This document shows positions 1 through 8,829 of a DNA stretch of 64,000 bases, piece by piece. The notes under the pieces were generated by a model. The model made no database searches. It saw nothing but the letters and a program-made list of their open reading frames with translations, and was not told where the DNA came from. The translations under genes were made by a program, and so were the position numbers. Every line of letters begins with the position of its first letter. Within the stretch, counting starts at the first letter, position 1. Location of the stretch: the NCBI GenBank assembly GCA_028280485.1, contig JANQLS010000042.1, forward strand, positions 6,772 through 70,771. Reading direction: 5' to 3'. The DNA comes from Planctomycetota bacterium (GTDB lineage Bacteria > Planctomycetota > UBA8108 > JACQVS01).

Positions 1-1
1 T

Positions 2-697
2 ATACGAACCCGTCGAGGAGTCCGCGTCGTCGACGGAGATATCATTTTAAGTGAGCTTCCCAATAAACCTCGGGCGAGTGGGACTTTGCTCGATGTACTC
101 GCAGCAGCGAGTGTCTGTCTTCATTCGGTTGAAGACATGGCGCTTCTCGGATTTGCCGCCGGGGGTTTGATCGCTCCCTTGAGAGCCTTGGGTCATGAAG
201 GGAAAGTAGAAGCTGTTGATCTTTCTACTGATTGGCAAGATCTTTACCACGAAGTGGCGAAAGACTGGGGAGGTGAGGTCGTGATCGACCAAGACGAAGC
301 GAGTCTATGGTTAAGTGAACGGAATAAACCCTACGATGTCATCATCGAAGATCTTTCTGAGGAGATCCCTGAGCCCGATATGGTGAAAAAGCCCTGGGTG
401 AGTGTCAACGTGTTACCCCAATTGATGAATGCGATGTTAAAACCTGAAGGCCTCGCAGTCATCAATTTACTTCCTTGGCCCAATATCAGTTGGAAAGTCT
501 TGATCGAAGAGATTAGCTTTCCCTTTGAAGAGGCGATCGTTATTACCTTTGACGATTACGAAAACCGTATTTTAATTGGGGGAGACCAAGTTCCCCCGGC
601 AAGGCGGGCTTCAAGGCTATTAAGAGAAGCCCTTCGAGGTATTCGCTCACGGCAAGCGGATCGCATTCAAGTTAAGACACTCAAGTCGAAAGTCTAA
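2..697 (+). CDS. Spermidine synthase-like SAM-dependent methyltransferase-fold protein, 5' end cut by window edge
   Basis: The frame of ORF 86..697 stays open back to base 2 (IRTRRGVRVVDGDIILSE...). It has a glycine-rich GFAAGG loop and acidic VEAVDLS and DVIIEDL strands typical of the spermidine synthase-like fold. Confidence 0.5.
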   Translation: MRTRRGVRVVDGDIILSELPNKPRASGTLLDVLAAASVCLHSVEDMALLGFAAGGLIAPLRALGHEGKVEAVDLSTDWQDLYHEVAKDWGGEVVIDQDEASLWLSERNKPYDVIIEDLSEEIPEPDMVKKPWVSVNVLPQLMNAMLKPEGLAVINLLPWPNISWKVLIEEISFPFEEAIVITFDDYENRILIGGDQVPPARRASRLLREALRGIRSRQADRIQVKTLKSKV

Positions 698-745
698 GCC
701 TTCGATTGAGTGATAGCTCTCAATTTTTTAAAGCAGGAGATTACG

Positions 746-2728
746 ATGTCTTCCAGGGTTTGTGTTTGGATCGTGTTCGGCCTCAGTCTCCACTTGGCGA
801 TTCTTCCTTCAGCTCTTATTAGCTCTCCCGCCGAAGCTGATGCCAAAGCTCGCATTTATTTCGATTTACCTTTTGGGGCGGAAGTTGACGCTTCTCTTCA
901 AGCTCAACTTCAGAAGGTGGATCAGCAAATTCTTTCTCAGCTTGATATTCACCCCAAACACCGCGCAATCGGACTCTTAGTCTTAAAACCTAAAATGCAA
1001 CTCGCCTGGATTCGGGCTGATCAAATCTTTTACGGAGCGAGTGTTCCTAAAATTTGCATCTTATTAGCTTATTTTGAAAAGCTGAATGCTGAGGGCAAAA
1101 CTTTAGATGATTCGACTCGACGAGAACTCGAGTTGATGATCAAGCGCTCGGATAATGATTTCGCTCAAAAGTACAGCAAGATCGTGGGGATCGAGAATGT
1201 TCAGAAGGTGCAGACCTCTCCTCGTTATCGATTTTATGATGCCCAGGCTGGAGGAGGATTGTGGAGTGGAAAGCATTACGGTTTACCTGCACCGCGAACA
1301 ACCGAGCCTGTGGGGGGATTTTCCCACTCGTTTACCGTTCGACAAGCTCTCAGGTTTTATCTTCTGCTCGAGCAAGGACGTTTGGTTTCCCCTGAGTATA
1401 GCCGACAGATGCAAGAGATCTTCAGGGCTCCAGATTTAGAGTTTCACGACGACAATTTTATTAAGGGGCTCAGGGGAAGAGATGTGATTGCGTATCGAAA
1501 AAATGGTCTGTGGGAAGACTGGCACTTAGATACGGCTCGAGTCGAGAAGAATGGAATCGTCTATTTAATCGCGGGAGCAGTGAATCACGAAAAAGGAGGG
1601 GAGTACCTTCAGCAGATCGCTCGATCTATCGATGAGATCGTTAACGGTAAGCCCCGAATTTTACGAGGGCACCACCGAACTCAGTTTCTTTCTGGGGCCA
1701 AGGATATGAAGTTGGGGACGGTAACTCACGGTGAAGTGTCGAAGAAGGTCGATGGTGTCATCCTGAAAAATCTTCAACCTTCTAATTCCCTGCGAGGTCC
1801 GGCGGAGTATGTCACTCCTGTTTTAACCACCGAGCTTTCATTTAATGAAGTTTTGCCTTCATGGAATGTCAGTGTTGAGGGGGGAGCGGGCTGCACCTTC
1901 GAACTTCGGGTGTCTCGTTTAGGAGAGAAAGAATGGTCTCCTTATCTGTATGTGGGGGATTGGAGATTGGGAGGTAAGAAGAAGGAAGCTTGGTTTGAGC
2001 CACCAAAGGTTTTAAAAACGGCCGACGGTAAAATCCTGACGGATTTCTTTAGTTCGAAAAAACGACACAATCGTTTCCAATTGAGGGTGAGAGCCTACGC
2101 TCCAGTAGGGAGTCCTAACGCTAGAGTGATTGTTCACCGTCTCACCGCATGCTTCAGTGATGTTACGGGTCTGCCTCTGGCAAAGAAGTTAAACAACCCT
2201 CGGCCTCGCCCCAATAAGTCCTGGCAAAAACGCCTGAAAGTTCCCTTTAGAAGTCAACGCGTTGAGAAAGCCGAAATTGCTGGAAGAATTTGTAGCCCCA
2301 CTTCGGTGAATATGGTTCTCGCGTATCAAGGCTTTGTGCGTTCGACCCAAGAGGTTGCCGATTTGCTCTACGACCGCGACCATGACATCTACGGCAATTG
2401 GCCACGAGCGGTCCAGGGAGCTTTTAGTTTTGGTGTCAAAGGATACTTAGCTCGCTTCTCCCATTGGGATGCCGTCGAAGCTTCGATTGCTGACGGTCAG
2501 CCTTTGATCATCAGCATTCGAGTGAGAGAAGGGGAGCTCCAAGGTGCGCCTTACAAAAGTACCGCGGGTCACTTGTTGGTGGTTACGGGATTCGACGCTC
2601 AAGGAAATGTGCACGTCAACGATCCCGCAGGGTCGAATGCCAAGAAAGGGATGCTCACCTACTCTCGCAAAGACCTCGAACGCGTGTGGATGGGCTTAGG
2701 GGGAACGGCGTATGTGATCGGAAGGTAG
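746..2728 (+). CDS. Exported two-domain protein: class A beta-lactamase-like serine hydrolase fused to a C39-like cysteine peptidase domain
   Basis: An AGGAGA RBS lies just upstream of ATG 746, and the N-terminus is hydrophobic. The N-terminal half has SVPK (SxxK), SDN and KNG motifs. The C-terminal ICSPTSVNMV...GHLLVVTGFD...VNDPAG resembles papain-like C39_2 peptidases. Confidence 0.7.
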   Translation: MSSRVCVWIVFGLSLHLAILPSALISSPAEADAKARIYFDLPFGAEVDASLQAQLQKVDQQILSQLDIHPKHRAIGLLVLKPKMQLAWIRADQIFYGASVPKICILLAYFEKLNAEGKTLDDSTRRELELMIKRSDNDFAQKYSKIVGIENVQKVQTSPRYRFYDAQAGGGLWSGKHYGLPAPRTTEPVGGFSHSFTVRQALRFYLLLEQGRLVSPEYSRQMQEIFRAPDLEFHDDNFIKGLRGRDVIAYRKNGLWEDWHLDTARVEKNGIVYLIAGAVNHEKGGEYLQQIARSIDEIVNGKPRILRGHHRTQFLSGAKDMKLGTVTHGEVSKKVDGVILKNLQPSNSLRGPAEYVTPVLTTELSFNEVLPSWNVSVEGGAGCTFELRVSRLGEKEWSPYLYVGDWRLGGKKKEAWFEPPKVLKTADGKILTDFFSSKKRHNRFQLRVRAYAPVGSPNARVIVHRLTACFSDVTGLPLAKKLNNPRPRPNKSWQKRLKVPFRSQRVEKAEIAGRICSPTSVNMVLAYQGFVRSTQEVADLLYDRDHDIYGNWPRAVQGAFSFGVKGYLARFSHWDAVEASIADGQPLIISIRVREGELQGAPYKSTAGHLLVVTGFDAQGNVHVNDPAGSNAKKGMLTYSRKDLERVWMGLGGTAYVIGR

Positions 2729-2790
2729 TAGGCACACTTGTAGTCCGCATGCTCCGCGTGCGGATGGTAGTAGGCACACGCCGTGTGCCG
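2725..2790 (+). repeat. Cluster of GTAG-headed REP hairpins (one half copy plus two full copies)
   Basis: The three elements are GTAGTAGGCACAC (half), GTAGTCCGCATGCTCCGCGTGCGG and GTAGTAGGCACACGCCGTGTGCCG. The first overlaps the TAG stop codon of the upstream CDS. Confidence 0.8.
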
Positions 2791-2860
2791 TTTGAAGGGA
2801 CGACGTAATACTTTCCCAATTCATTTAAATAAACGAATGAGCGTTGCTTGTTCGTGCCTC

Positions 2861-2888
2861 TCCCCTCGCTAGCGCTTCGGGCTAGTTA
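2861..2888. repeat. Single arm of the AGCCCGAAGCG/CGAGGG palindrome family
   Basis: CCCCTCGCTAGCGCTTCGGGCTAGTTAA is identical to arms at 32798-32825, 39285-39312 and 59171-59198. Confidence 0.75.
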
Positions 2889-2924
2889 ATATTCATCAAT
2901 CACAGTTAGCTGGTTTGACTTGAA

Positions 2925-3022
2925 ACACCGAGGGCTGAAGGCCCGTCACTTCATAGCCCAGGGCAGAGCGAAGCGTCGCCCTGGGTTGAGGAATGACAAT
3001 CAACCCAGCCCTGTAAGGGCGA
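2925..3022 (-). repeat. Roughly 100-nt three-hairpin repeat element, copy 1 (reverse orientation)
   Basis: The reverse complement aligns along its length with 58213-58310 and 59041-59138 (GCCCTTACAGGGC ... CCCAGGGCGACGCTTCGCTCTGCCCTGGG ... GGGCYTTCAGCCC). Confidence 0.8.
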
Positions 3023-3033
3023 AAGTATTTATG

Positions 3034-3069
3034 AAAAAACAAAGGCTCTACTTTTCAATAGAGCCTTTG
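3034..3069 (-). terminator. Rho-independent terminator downstream of gnd
   Basis: On the minus strand, stem CAAAGGCTCTA/TAGAGCCTTTG has a short loop and is followed by TTTTTT. Confidence 0.7.
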
Positions 3070-3101
3070 TTGAATTTTATTACTGTTTGGTTCCCTAAGA
3101 A

Positions 3102-3128
3102 CCCGCTCACGGAGTGAGCCGACTACTA
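3102..3128 (-). repeat. GTAG-headed REP hairpin abutting the gnd stop codon
   Basis: The minus strand reads TAG-TAGTCGGCTCACTCCGTGAGCGGG, so the gnd TAG stop supplies the G of the GTAG head. Confidence 0.8.
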
Positions 3129-4580
3129 TACGTTATATGTACTCGAAGAAACATCGCCTCCGCGGCCGGTCCAATTCGTGTGAAAGAATTCTCCGCGGGG
3201 ACGGTCGAGACGTTCGTAGGTGTGAGCTCCGAAGTAATCCCGCTGAGCTTGAAGTAGGTTGGCGGGTAAGCGACCGCTGCGATAGCCATCGTAGAACGAG
3301 AGGGCCGTTGCGAATGCGGGTACGGGGATTCCCAATTGAGCTGCCGTAGCGATGACTTTTCTCCAGGAAGCTTGGCAGTCATCGATGACACTCTTGAAGT
3401 AATCATCTAAGAGGAGATTGTTGAGTTCGGGATTTTTATCGAAGGCTTCTTTGATCTTTCCTAAGAAGGCGCTTCGAATGATACAACCACCTCGCCACAT
3501 GATAGCGATTCCGCCGTAATTGAGATTCCATTCGAAATCTTTAGCAGCTTCTCTTAAGAGCATGAAGCCTTGAGCGTAGGAAACGATTTTTGAAGCTAAC
3601 AAGGCTTTACGAACATCTTCGACGAAGGTTGTGGGGTCTCCATCGAACTTCGCATCGGGACCTTGAAGAATCTTCTCAGCTTCGACGCGCTCTTCTTTAA
3701 GAGCTGAAAGACAGCGACTGAAGACGGCTTCTCCGATCAATGTCACGGGGACACCGAGTTCGAGTGAGCTGATTCCGGTCCACTTCCCGGTACCTTTTTG
3801 ACCGGCAGTGTCTAAGATCTTCTCGACTAAAGCATCGCCTTCTTCATCGCGGTAACCGAAGATGTCGCGGGTGATTTCGATGAGATAACTATCGAGTTCT
3901 GTTTCGTTCCAAGCAGTGTACGTTTCGTGAAGTTGGTCGGCGTTGAATCCTAAGGCATCTTTTAATAGATGGTAGGCTTCGCAGATCAACTGCATGTCAC
4001 CGTACTCGATGCCGTTGTGAACCATTTTCACGTAGTGGCCGGCACCGTCCTCACCTACCCAATCACAACAGGGGCTGCCGTCGGGAGCTTTAGCACAAGT
4101 GGCTTGGAAGATTTCTTTGACGTGTTCCCAGGCTTCGGGATGGCCGCCGGGCATCATCGAAGGGCCGTGACGCGCGCCTTCTTCTCCACCTGATACTCCA
4201 GTACCGACGAAGAGAATTCCTTTTTCAGCTAAGCTTTTCGCTCGGCGGTTACTGTCGGTATAAAGAGAGTTTCCACCATCGATGATGATGTCACCGGGCT
4301 CTAAGTGGGGAACCACCTGCTCGATAAAGCTGTCGACAACTTCACCGGCTTTGACCAGCATCATGACTTTGCGGGGGCGCTTGAGCTTACCGACCATCTC
4401 TTCGATCGAGTGAGCGCCGACGATGTTCGTTCCTTTAGCTTCATTCTCTAAGAAGGTATCAACCTTAGAGGTCGTGCGGTTGTAAGCACAAACCGTGAAG
4501 CCCTTGTCGTTCATATTGAGGATGAGGTTTTGCCCCATGACTGCTAAACCGATGAGGGCGATATCTGCTTCTTGCGACAT
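3126..4580 (-). CDS. gnd: 6-phosphogluconate dehydrogenase, decarboxylating
   Basis: Full-length 484-aa product with the canonical N-terminal IGLAVMGQNLILN Rossmann motif and conserved Gnd blocks throughout (GDIIIDGGNS, HNGIEYGDMQLI, WRGGCIIRS). Confidence 0.95.
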   Translation of the reverse strand: MSQEADIALIGLAVMGQNLILNMNDKGFTVCAYNRTTSKVDTFLENEAKGTNIVGAHSIEEMVGKLKRPRKVMMLVKAGEVVDSFIEQVVPHLEPGDIIIDGGNSLYTDSNRRAKSLAEKGILFVGTGVSGGEEGARHGPSMMPGGHPEAWEHVKEIFQATCAKAPDGSPCCDWVGEDGAGHYVKMVHNGIEYGDMQLICEAYHLLKDALGFNADQLHETYTAWNETELDSYLIEITRDIFGYRDEEGDALVEKILDTAGQKGTGKWTGISSLELGVPVTLIGEAVFSRCLSALKEERVEAEKILQGPDAKFDGDPTTFVEDVRKALLASKIVSYAQGFMLLREAAKDFEWNLNYGGIAIMWRGGCIIRSAFLGKIKEAFDKNPELNNLLLDDYFKSVIDDCQASWRKVIATAAQLGIPVPAFATALSFYDGYRSGRLPANLLQAQRDYFGAHTYERLDRPRGEFFHTNWTGRGGDVSSSTYNV

Positions 4581-4646
4581 AATTTTACTCTTTAAAAAGT
4601 GCCGAAATACGGTTGATAACTTTTTGGTGTTCTATTGTGTACCGAT

Positions 4647-4822
4647 CGAAATCAGAAGAATCCGTCCTTCTGATATTGCGATCAGACTTTTCTTGGAATG
4701 GCCGCACGCGGAGCGTACGGACTACCTTACAGAACGAAATCAGAAGAATCCATCCTCCTGATTTTGTAATCCATCTTTTCTTGGAATGACCCCACGCGGG
4801 GCGTGCGGACTTCCTTAAAGTC
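4647..4822. repeat. Tandem duplication, 2 x ~88 bp, each copy containing a small hairpin plus a REP hairpin
   Basis: CGAAATCAGAAGAATCC.TCCT.CTGAT...CTTTTCTTGGAATG.CC.CACGCGG.GCGT.CGGACT.CCTTA occurs twice head to tail between the HAD gene and gnd. Confidence 0.75.
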
Positions 4823-4933
4823 TGGGGGCGCAGCCTAGATTACCCTGATGTTAGGATCGGGTTCTCGGATGCTTCGCCTGAGAGAATTTCCGTTAGATAT
4901 CGTTGAATTGAACGATTTGGTGAGGAATTGCGA

Positions 4934-5830
4934 TCAATCCCAATCGGGAAATTCCGGTAAACTCGCTTCGAATGCTTCGATCAGTTGAGCTTCGTAAGCG
5001 CCTTCGTATTCCAAAGCGAAGAATTTATCGATCGCTTCGGTATGTAAATTCTTCCACGATTCTTCTTCTTTACCCGGCACGATTGGGAAGAAGAGGAAGC
5101 CGTTGGCTTTAGCGGCTTTCATGTCTCCAGGAGCATCCCCGATCATCAAGCACCGATTGGCATCGAACTTTCCCTTCGCTGCGTAATCTAAGTGCTGGGC
5201 TTTGGTTCCGAGTTCTTGCCCGGCGATCATGTGCACATAGCCTTCAATTTTATGTTCATCCCACTCGCGAACTAATGCTTCAGTGGGAGTCTGCGAACAG
5301 ACGATCATGTCGGCTTGAGGTTCAAACTTTTTCAAGCTCTCTAAAACGCCGGGGAAGGGAGGAACGCCATGAACGACGCGCTTAACGGCTTTGTTGACAT
5401 CGTTCGACCATTCTAAGACTTTCAGGAGATCTTCATCTTGAGTTGATTTGGCGGCTTCTTCTAAGGCTTGATTACCAAGTTTGCTTTCTTTCTCAGTCCA
5501 AGCTCGCAGGCCGGGTAGAGAAGGAGGGGTGACGTTTCTCGCTTTAACATCGGAGCGCTCACTGAGCTGTTTGAGGACTTCGAGTAAAGCTAAGAAGCGA
5601 TTACAGCCTCGAGTTTTTGAATAGAGATTGACGAAGTCCCAGGCTTCGCGGGCGTACTTGGAAACGGGTTGCATCCCGAAGTGGTAAATAAACTCAGGGG
5701 TGAAACATTCTTTGTGTTTGATCTCCATAGAGTCGAAGACACAGCCATCGGAATCGATGCCCACGAAGAATTCTTTGGTGGGTTGGAGGTCTTTGAGTTG
5801 TTGGATGCCATCCGACATAGTTCGTCTCAA
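4934..5830 (-). CDS. HAD-superfamily hydrolase/phosphatase
   Basis: GIDSDGCVFD (DxD motif I) lies near the N-terminus and IGDAPGDMKAAKANG (motif IV) near the C-terminus. An alternative start is at M5. Confidence 0.7.
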   Translation of the reverse strand: MRRTMSDGIQQLKDLQPTKEFFVGIDSDGCVFDSMEIKHKECFTPEFIYHFGMQPVSKYAREAWDFVNLYSKTRGCNRFLALLEVLKQLSERSDVKARNVTPPSLPGLRAWTEKESKLGNQALEEAAKSTQDEDLLKVLEWSNDVNKAVKRVVHGVPPFPGVLESLKKFEPQADMIVCSQTPTEALVREWDEHKIEGYVHMIAGQELGTKAQHLDYAAKGKFDANRCLMIGDAPGDMKAAKANGFLFFPIVPGKEEESWKNLHTEAIDKFFALEYEGAYEAQLIEAFEASLPEFPDWD

Positions 5831-5977
5831 TTCGTGGTAGAAATAGAATGCGTTAATAAATAGGCCTGTCTCAGAGTGAGGCCGATCGTTTAATAGCCCT
5901 GTGTTTTACCAATTATTCGTAATTTTGGAAAGTCTCTACAGGTGTGAATCATGGCGGATGTCATTAATGCTTGAGAT

Positions 5978-7771
5978 TTAAAAGCCAAAGGGCCTGGAAA
6001 CTAAGCTTAAAAGGGCAGTGAGCCCGCTTCCGTAGAGTAAGAAGGTGCACATTCGTTCGGAGATTAAAGAAGTACCCTTTAGATAAGGCCCGATGAGCAT
6101 GACGCAATGAAAGAGGGGGAGACTGGCGACGATGGTAGCTAAGAGGGGATCGAAGCCTACACCGAGATGGAGGAGCTTGCTCAAACTGGGGAAGATAGCG
6201 AAGATCAGGAGGAGCGCAAGGTGGATGATGATAACGCAGAGAAAAGTAAGGATGGGGTGAGTGATTTTATCTTTGTTTTCTGGGTAATATTTGGGATTGA
6301 AAACATAAGAAACCCCTGAAAAGAAAACTAATCCGATCAAAGAAAAGAAGAAAATAAAAAAGGAGCCTGGGAGCCAAATGAAGGTCACTCCAAGTAAAAC
6401 TAGATGAGCAACTTCTGCGATATTTAAAAAGACCCTCGGATCTTCATGGGGAGGTTGGCTGCGAAGAAAGCATGATAAGACAAACAACCAAAGTGCCAAG
6501 CATTCCAAACTCGAAGCCCAACTTTCACCCTGTGGAAGGAAGAATAGATCTGGGAGAAATCGATGAAGAACGAATTTGGTTAAAGCAAAAAGAATGATTC
6601 CTAGCGTAATAATTTGAATTGTCGAATAAGAAACAATCTTAAAACGGATGCTTTTAAGAGTAGAGGAATGGCGAACAAAGTTTCCTCGGGAGCCGAAAAA
6701 GACCACAATGACGGGGATCATTAAAATGATGATGACCCAACCGGTCACAAATCCAATAATCGGGATATTAAAAAAATTGGCTCCTTCGATTCTTCCCATA
6801 TTGGGGTGACGACGAAGATCTACAATTTGATCAATATGAAGATTTGTCAAAATATCAAAAGTATAAAGATGAAGATGTTGAAGGCTATCTTTGGATAAGT
6901 TTTCAAAAGTATCGTGCTCAGTGTGATAAGCCTCGTAACCATCGATCACCGCAAAATTGAATCCCGGTAAGCCATCCTTGTATTTTCGATTACCACTTTT
7001 TAAGTAAGTGAAATCCGTATCGTTGGGTAAGTACTCGTAGACTGTTTCGGATAATGAATTCGCCACAGCCGAGGGAACGTGGTCAGCTAAAAATTTGGCG
7101 AGTGCAACTTTGTGGTGACCGAACTCAAAGGCAATCACTGGTCCTGCATTCCCTCTCGCTTCATAATTAAGGATGAAAGAAAGGTCTTGATACTCAGGGG
7201 CGGAACTGACGAAGGCCTCGGCGCCTCTCAGGCCAATTTCTTCTCCATCGGTAAAAACGGCGAGGATATTGAAGTCGAGCGGGGGAAGGTGCTCTAGGGC
7301 AGAGAGAATCATCGCCACGCCCATCGTGTCATCCGCAGCTCCGGGACCGCCTCCGGGTTTGGTGTCGTAGTGGGCGAATAAGCCCACGGTAACATCCGTT
7401 TCTTTGGCAGACTTCTTTAAGGCGATGATGTTTTGTAGAAGAGCCCCCGAAGGATAGTACTTATAGAAGTTATTGGCTTCAGTGGGTTGCCAATTTGCTT
7501 CTTGAAGACGGGGAGTGAGTCCGAGCCGTCGAAGCTCGGCGAGAATATAAGCGCGAACTTCCTCTATCTCATCTGAATTCGAAGGATGGGGTTTTTGGGC
7601 GATGACCTGAATATGCTTCTGGGTGGTTTGAAAGCTTTTTTCAAGTCTTGTGCCCGGGGCGAATCGATCTTCGTCGATGAGGAAATGAGGGTCTAAACTA
7701 AAAAAGCCAATTGCGGGGACGCCAACTAAGACGATGAAAACCCAGAGATTGAGAAGGCTTTTATTAAGCAT
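5978..7771 (-). CDS. M28-family metallopeptidase with a C-terminal polytopic membrane domain
   Basis: AHYDT...GAADDTMGVA...FTDGEEIGLRGAEAF metal-ligand blocks of M28 are followed by about 8-9 hydrophobic segments. Confidence 0.7.
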   Translation of the reverse strand: MLNKSLLNLWVFIVLVGVPAIGFFSLDPHFLIDEDRFAPGTRLEKSFQTTQKHIQVIAQKPHPSNSDEIEEVRAYILAELRRLGLTPRLQEANWQPTEANNFYKYYPSGALLQNIIALKKSAKETDVTVGLFAHYDTKPGGGPGAADDTMGVAMILSALEHLPPLDFNILAVFTDGEEIGLRGAEAFVSSAPEYQDLSFILNYEARGNAGPVIAFEFGHHKVALAKFLADHVPSAVANSLSETVYEYLPNDTDFTYLKSGNRKYKDGLPGFNFAVIDGYEAYHTEHDTFENLSKDSLQHLHLYTFDILTNLHIDQIVDLRRHPNMGRIEGANFFNIPIIGFVTGWVIIILMIPVIVVFFGSRGNFVRHSSTLKSIRFKIVSYSTIQIITLGIILFALTKFVLHRFLPDLFFLPQGESWASSLECLALWLFVLSCFLRSQPPHEDPRVFLNIAEVAHLVLLGVTFIWLPGSFFIFFFSLIGLVFFSGVSYVFNPKYYPENKDKITHPILTFLCVIIIHLALLLIFAIFPSLSKLLHLGVGFDPLLATIVASLPLFHCVMLIGPYLKGTSLISERMCTFLLYGSGLTALLSLVSRPFGF

Positions 7772-7793
7772 TCGACTCCTTCAGTCTGAAGAC

Positions 7794-8330
7794 TTACCCG
7801 TTGGATTCCTTAGATTGTCTTTGAGGGGGAATTAAATCTAGTTCTTCTTCACAAACAATCCAGCCCCGGCAGTTTTTAGCCCCACAGCCACAAGGGATGG
7901 CAAATTCGGCGGGCCAACCGTAATCGATCGTCAGTTCTTCGCCTTCAGTAACTTCCTTCGTCGTTGCGACAAAGAGGGGACTGTAGCCCAGTTCTTTAGC
8001 GAGCGGATCTTTTTCGTAAACGAAAAGTTCACAATTCGGCTCACAACTGTGATTCAAAAAACGAAAGGGTGGCCCGGGGATCATGTAAAGATTTTCTGCG
8101 AGATGGATACAGTAGTCAGGGTCGATATCTTCTTCGCTCGTCACTAATCCTCGAACGCGGCCGAGGACGGTATCTTCCTCTAAATCTTTGAGAGCGAAAA
8201 CTCCCTGACCGTAACGGGCGCCTTTAACGATGATTTTTTTAGTGACATTCTCCTCCTCAATCGAGGAGGCATCTTCGTAATTCGGTTCTTCAGGGCTCGT
8301 GGCCGCTTCAAAATTCAACAAGGTGTTCAT
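7794..8330 (-). CDS. SET-domain protein (putative protein-lysine methyltransferase)
   Basis: RFLNHSCEPNCEL, ELTIDYGW and the post-SET cysteine cluster CGCGAKNCRGW are present. The gene lies 22 bp upstream of the M28 gene on the same strand. Confidence 0.75.
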   Translation of the reverse strand: MNTLLNFEAATSPEEPNYEDASSIEEENVTKKIIVKGARYGQGVFALKDLEEDTVLGRVRGLVTSEEDIDPDYCIHLAENLYMIPGPPFRFLNHSCEPNCELFVYEKDPLAKELGYSPLFVATTKEVTEGEELTIDYGWPAEFAIPCGCGAKNCRGWIVCEEELDLIPPQRQSKESNG

Positions 8331-8616
8331 CCGTTCTATAGGCGTGATTTTTAGTTAATCCTGGAGTATATCCATCTGAGATGAAGAATGCAGAGAGAAT
8401 TCAAATTAAATCGAATGATTAGATTAAAAAATTTATAAATGCTTGTTTCTAATGCGAAATACAGAATTTTATCGGTCAACCCCCGAGTTCAAATTAACTC
8501 CATCAATGATCTGCAGCTCGATAATTCTATTTAAATAAATTGAAAGTAAGTTTAAGAATAAATTGGCAGGTAGGTTGTGTATGGGTCTTGGGGATGTTTC
8601 CGGAAAATTTAATTAG

Positions 8617-8693
8617 CAAGAAAATGGGGGCAAGAAAATTAGAAGCCCTGTAATTAAATTTCTTCTTGCCCCTATCTTCTTGCTAAATTCTTA
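8617..8693 (-). repeat. Solo GGCAAGAAAAT hairpin, same family as the 48.9-50.0 kb array, in opposite orientation
   Basis: GCAAGAAAATGGGGGCAAGAAAAT, then a loop, then TTCTTGCCCCTATCTTCTTGC. Confidence 0.75.
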
Positions 8694-8769
8694 GTTTTCA
8701 ATAATTGGACTTGAGGTATCCAACTCAGGGATCCTTTTAACTCTTTCGCAAGAGGGAATAGAATTTAAA

Positions 8770-8802
8770 GAGGGAGATAGCGACTCTGTCGCTATCTCCC
8801 TC
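8770..8802 (-). terminator. Perfect 15-bp-stem hairpin immediately downstream of the BlaR1-like gene
   Basis: GAGGGAGATAGCGAC-TCT-GTCGCTATCTCCCTC. A T-rich run follows on the plus strand and is weaker on the minus strand. Confidence 0.5.
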
Positions 8803-8829
8803 TTTTCTTTTCGTTGCATTGAGTTTAGA

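Noticed and set aside
2920-3117. ORF 2920..3117 (+, 65 aa)
   Set aside because: It lies entirely within the three-hairpin repeat element and the gnd terminator, and its Arg/Pro-rich product is typical of translated GC-rich palindromes.
4495-4761. ORF 4495..4761 (+, 88 aa)
   Set aside because: It starts antisense inside gnd and continues through the 88-bp tandem repeat.
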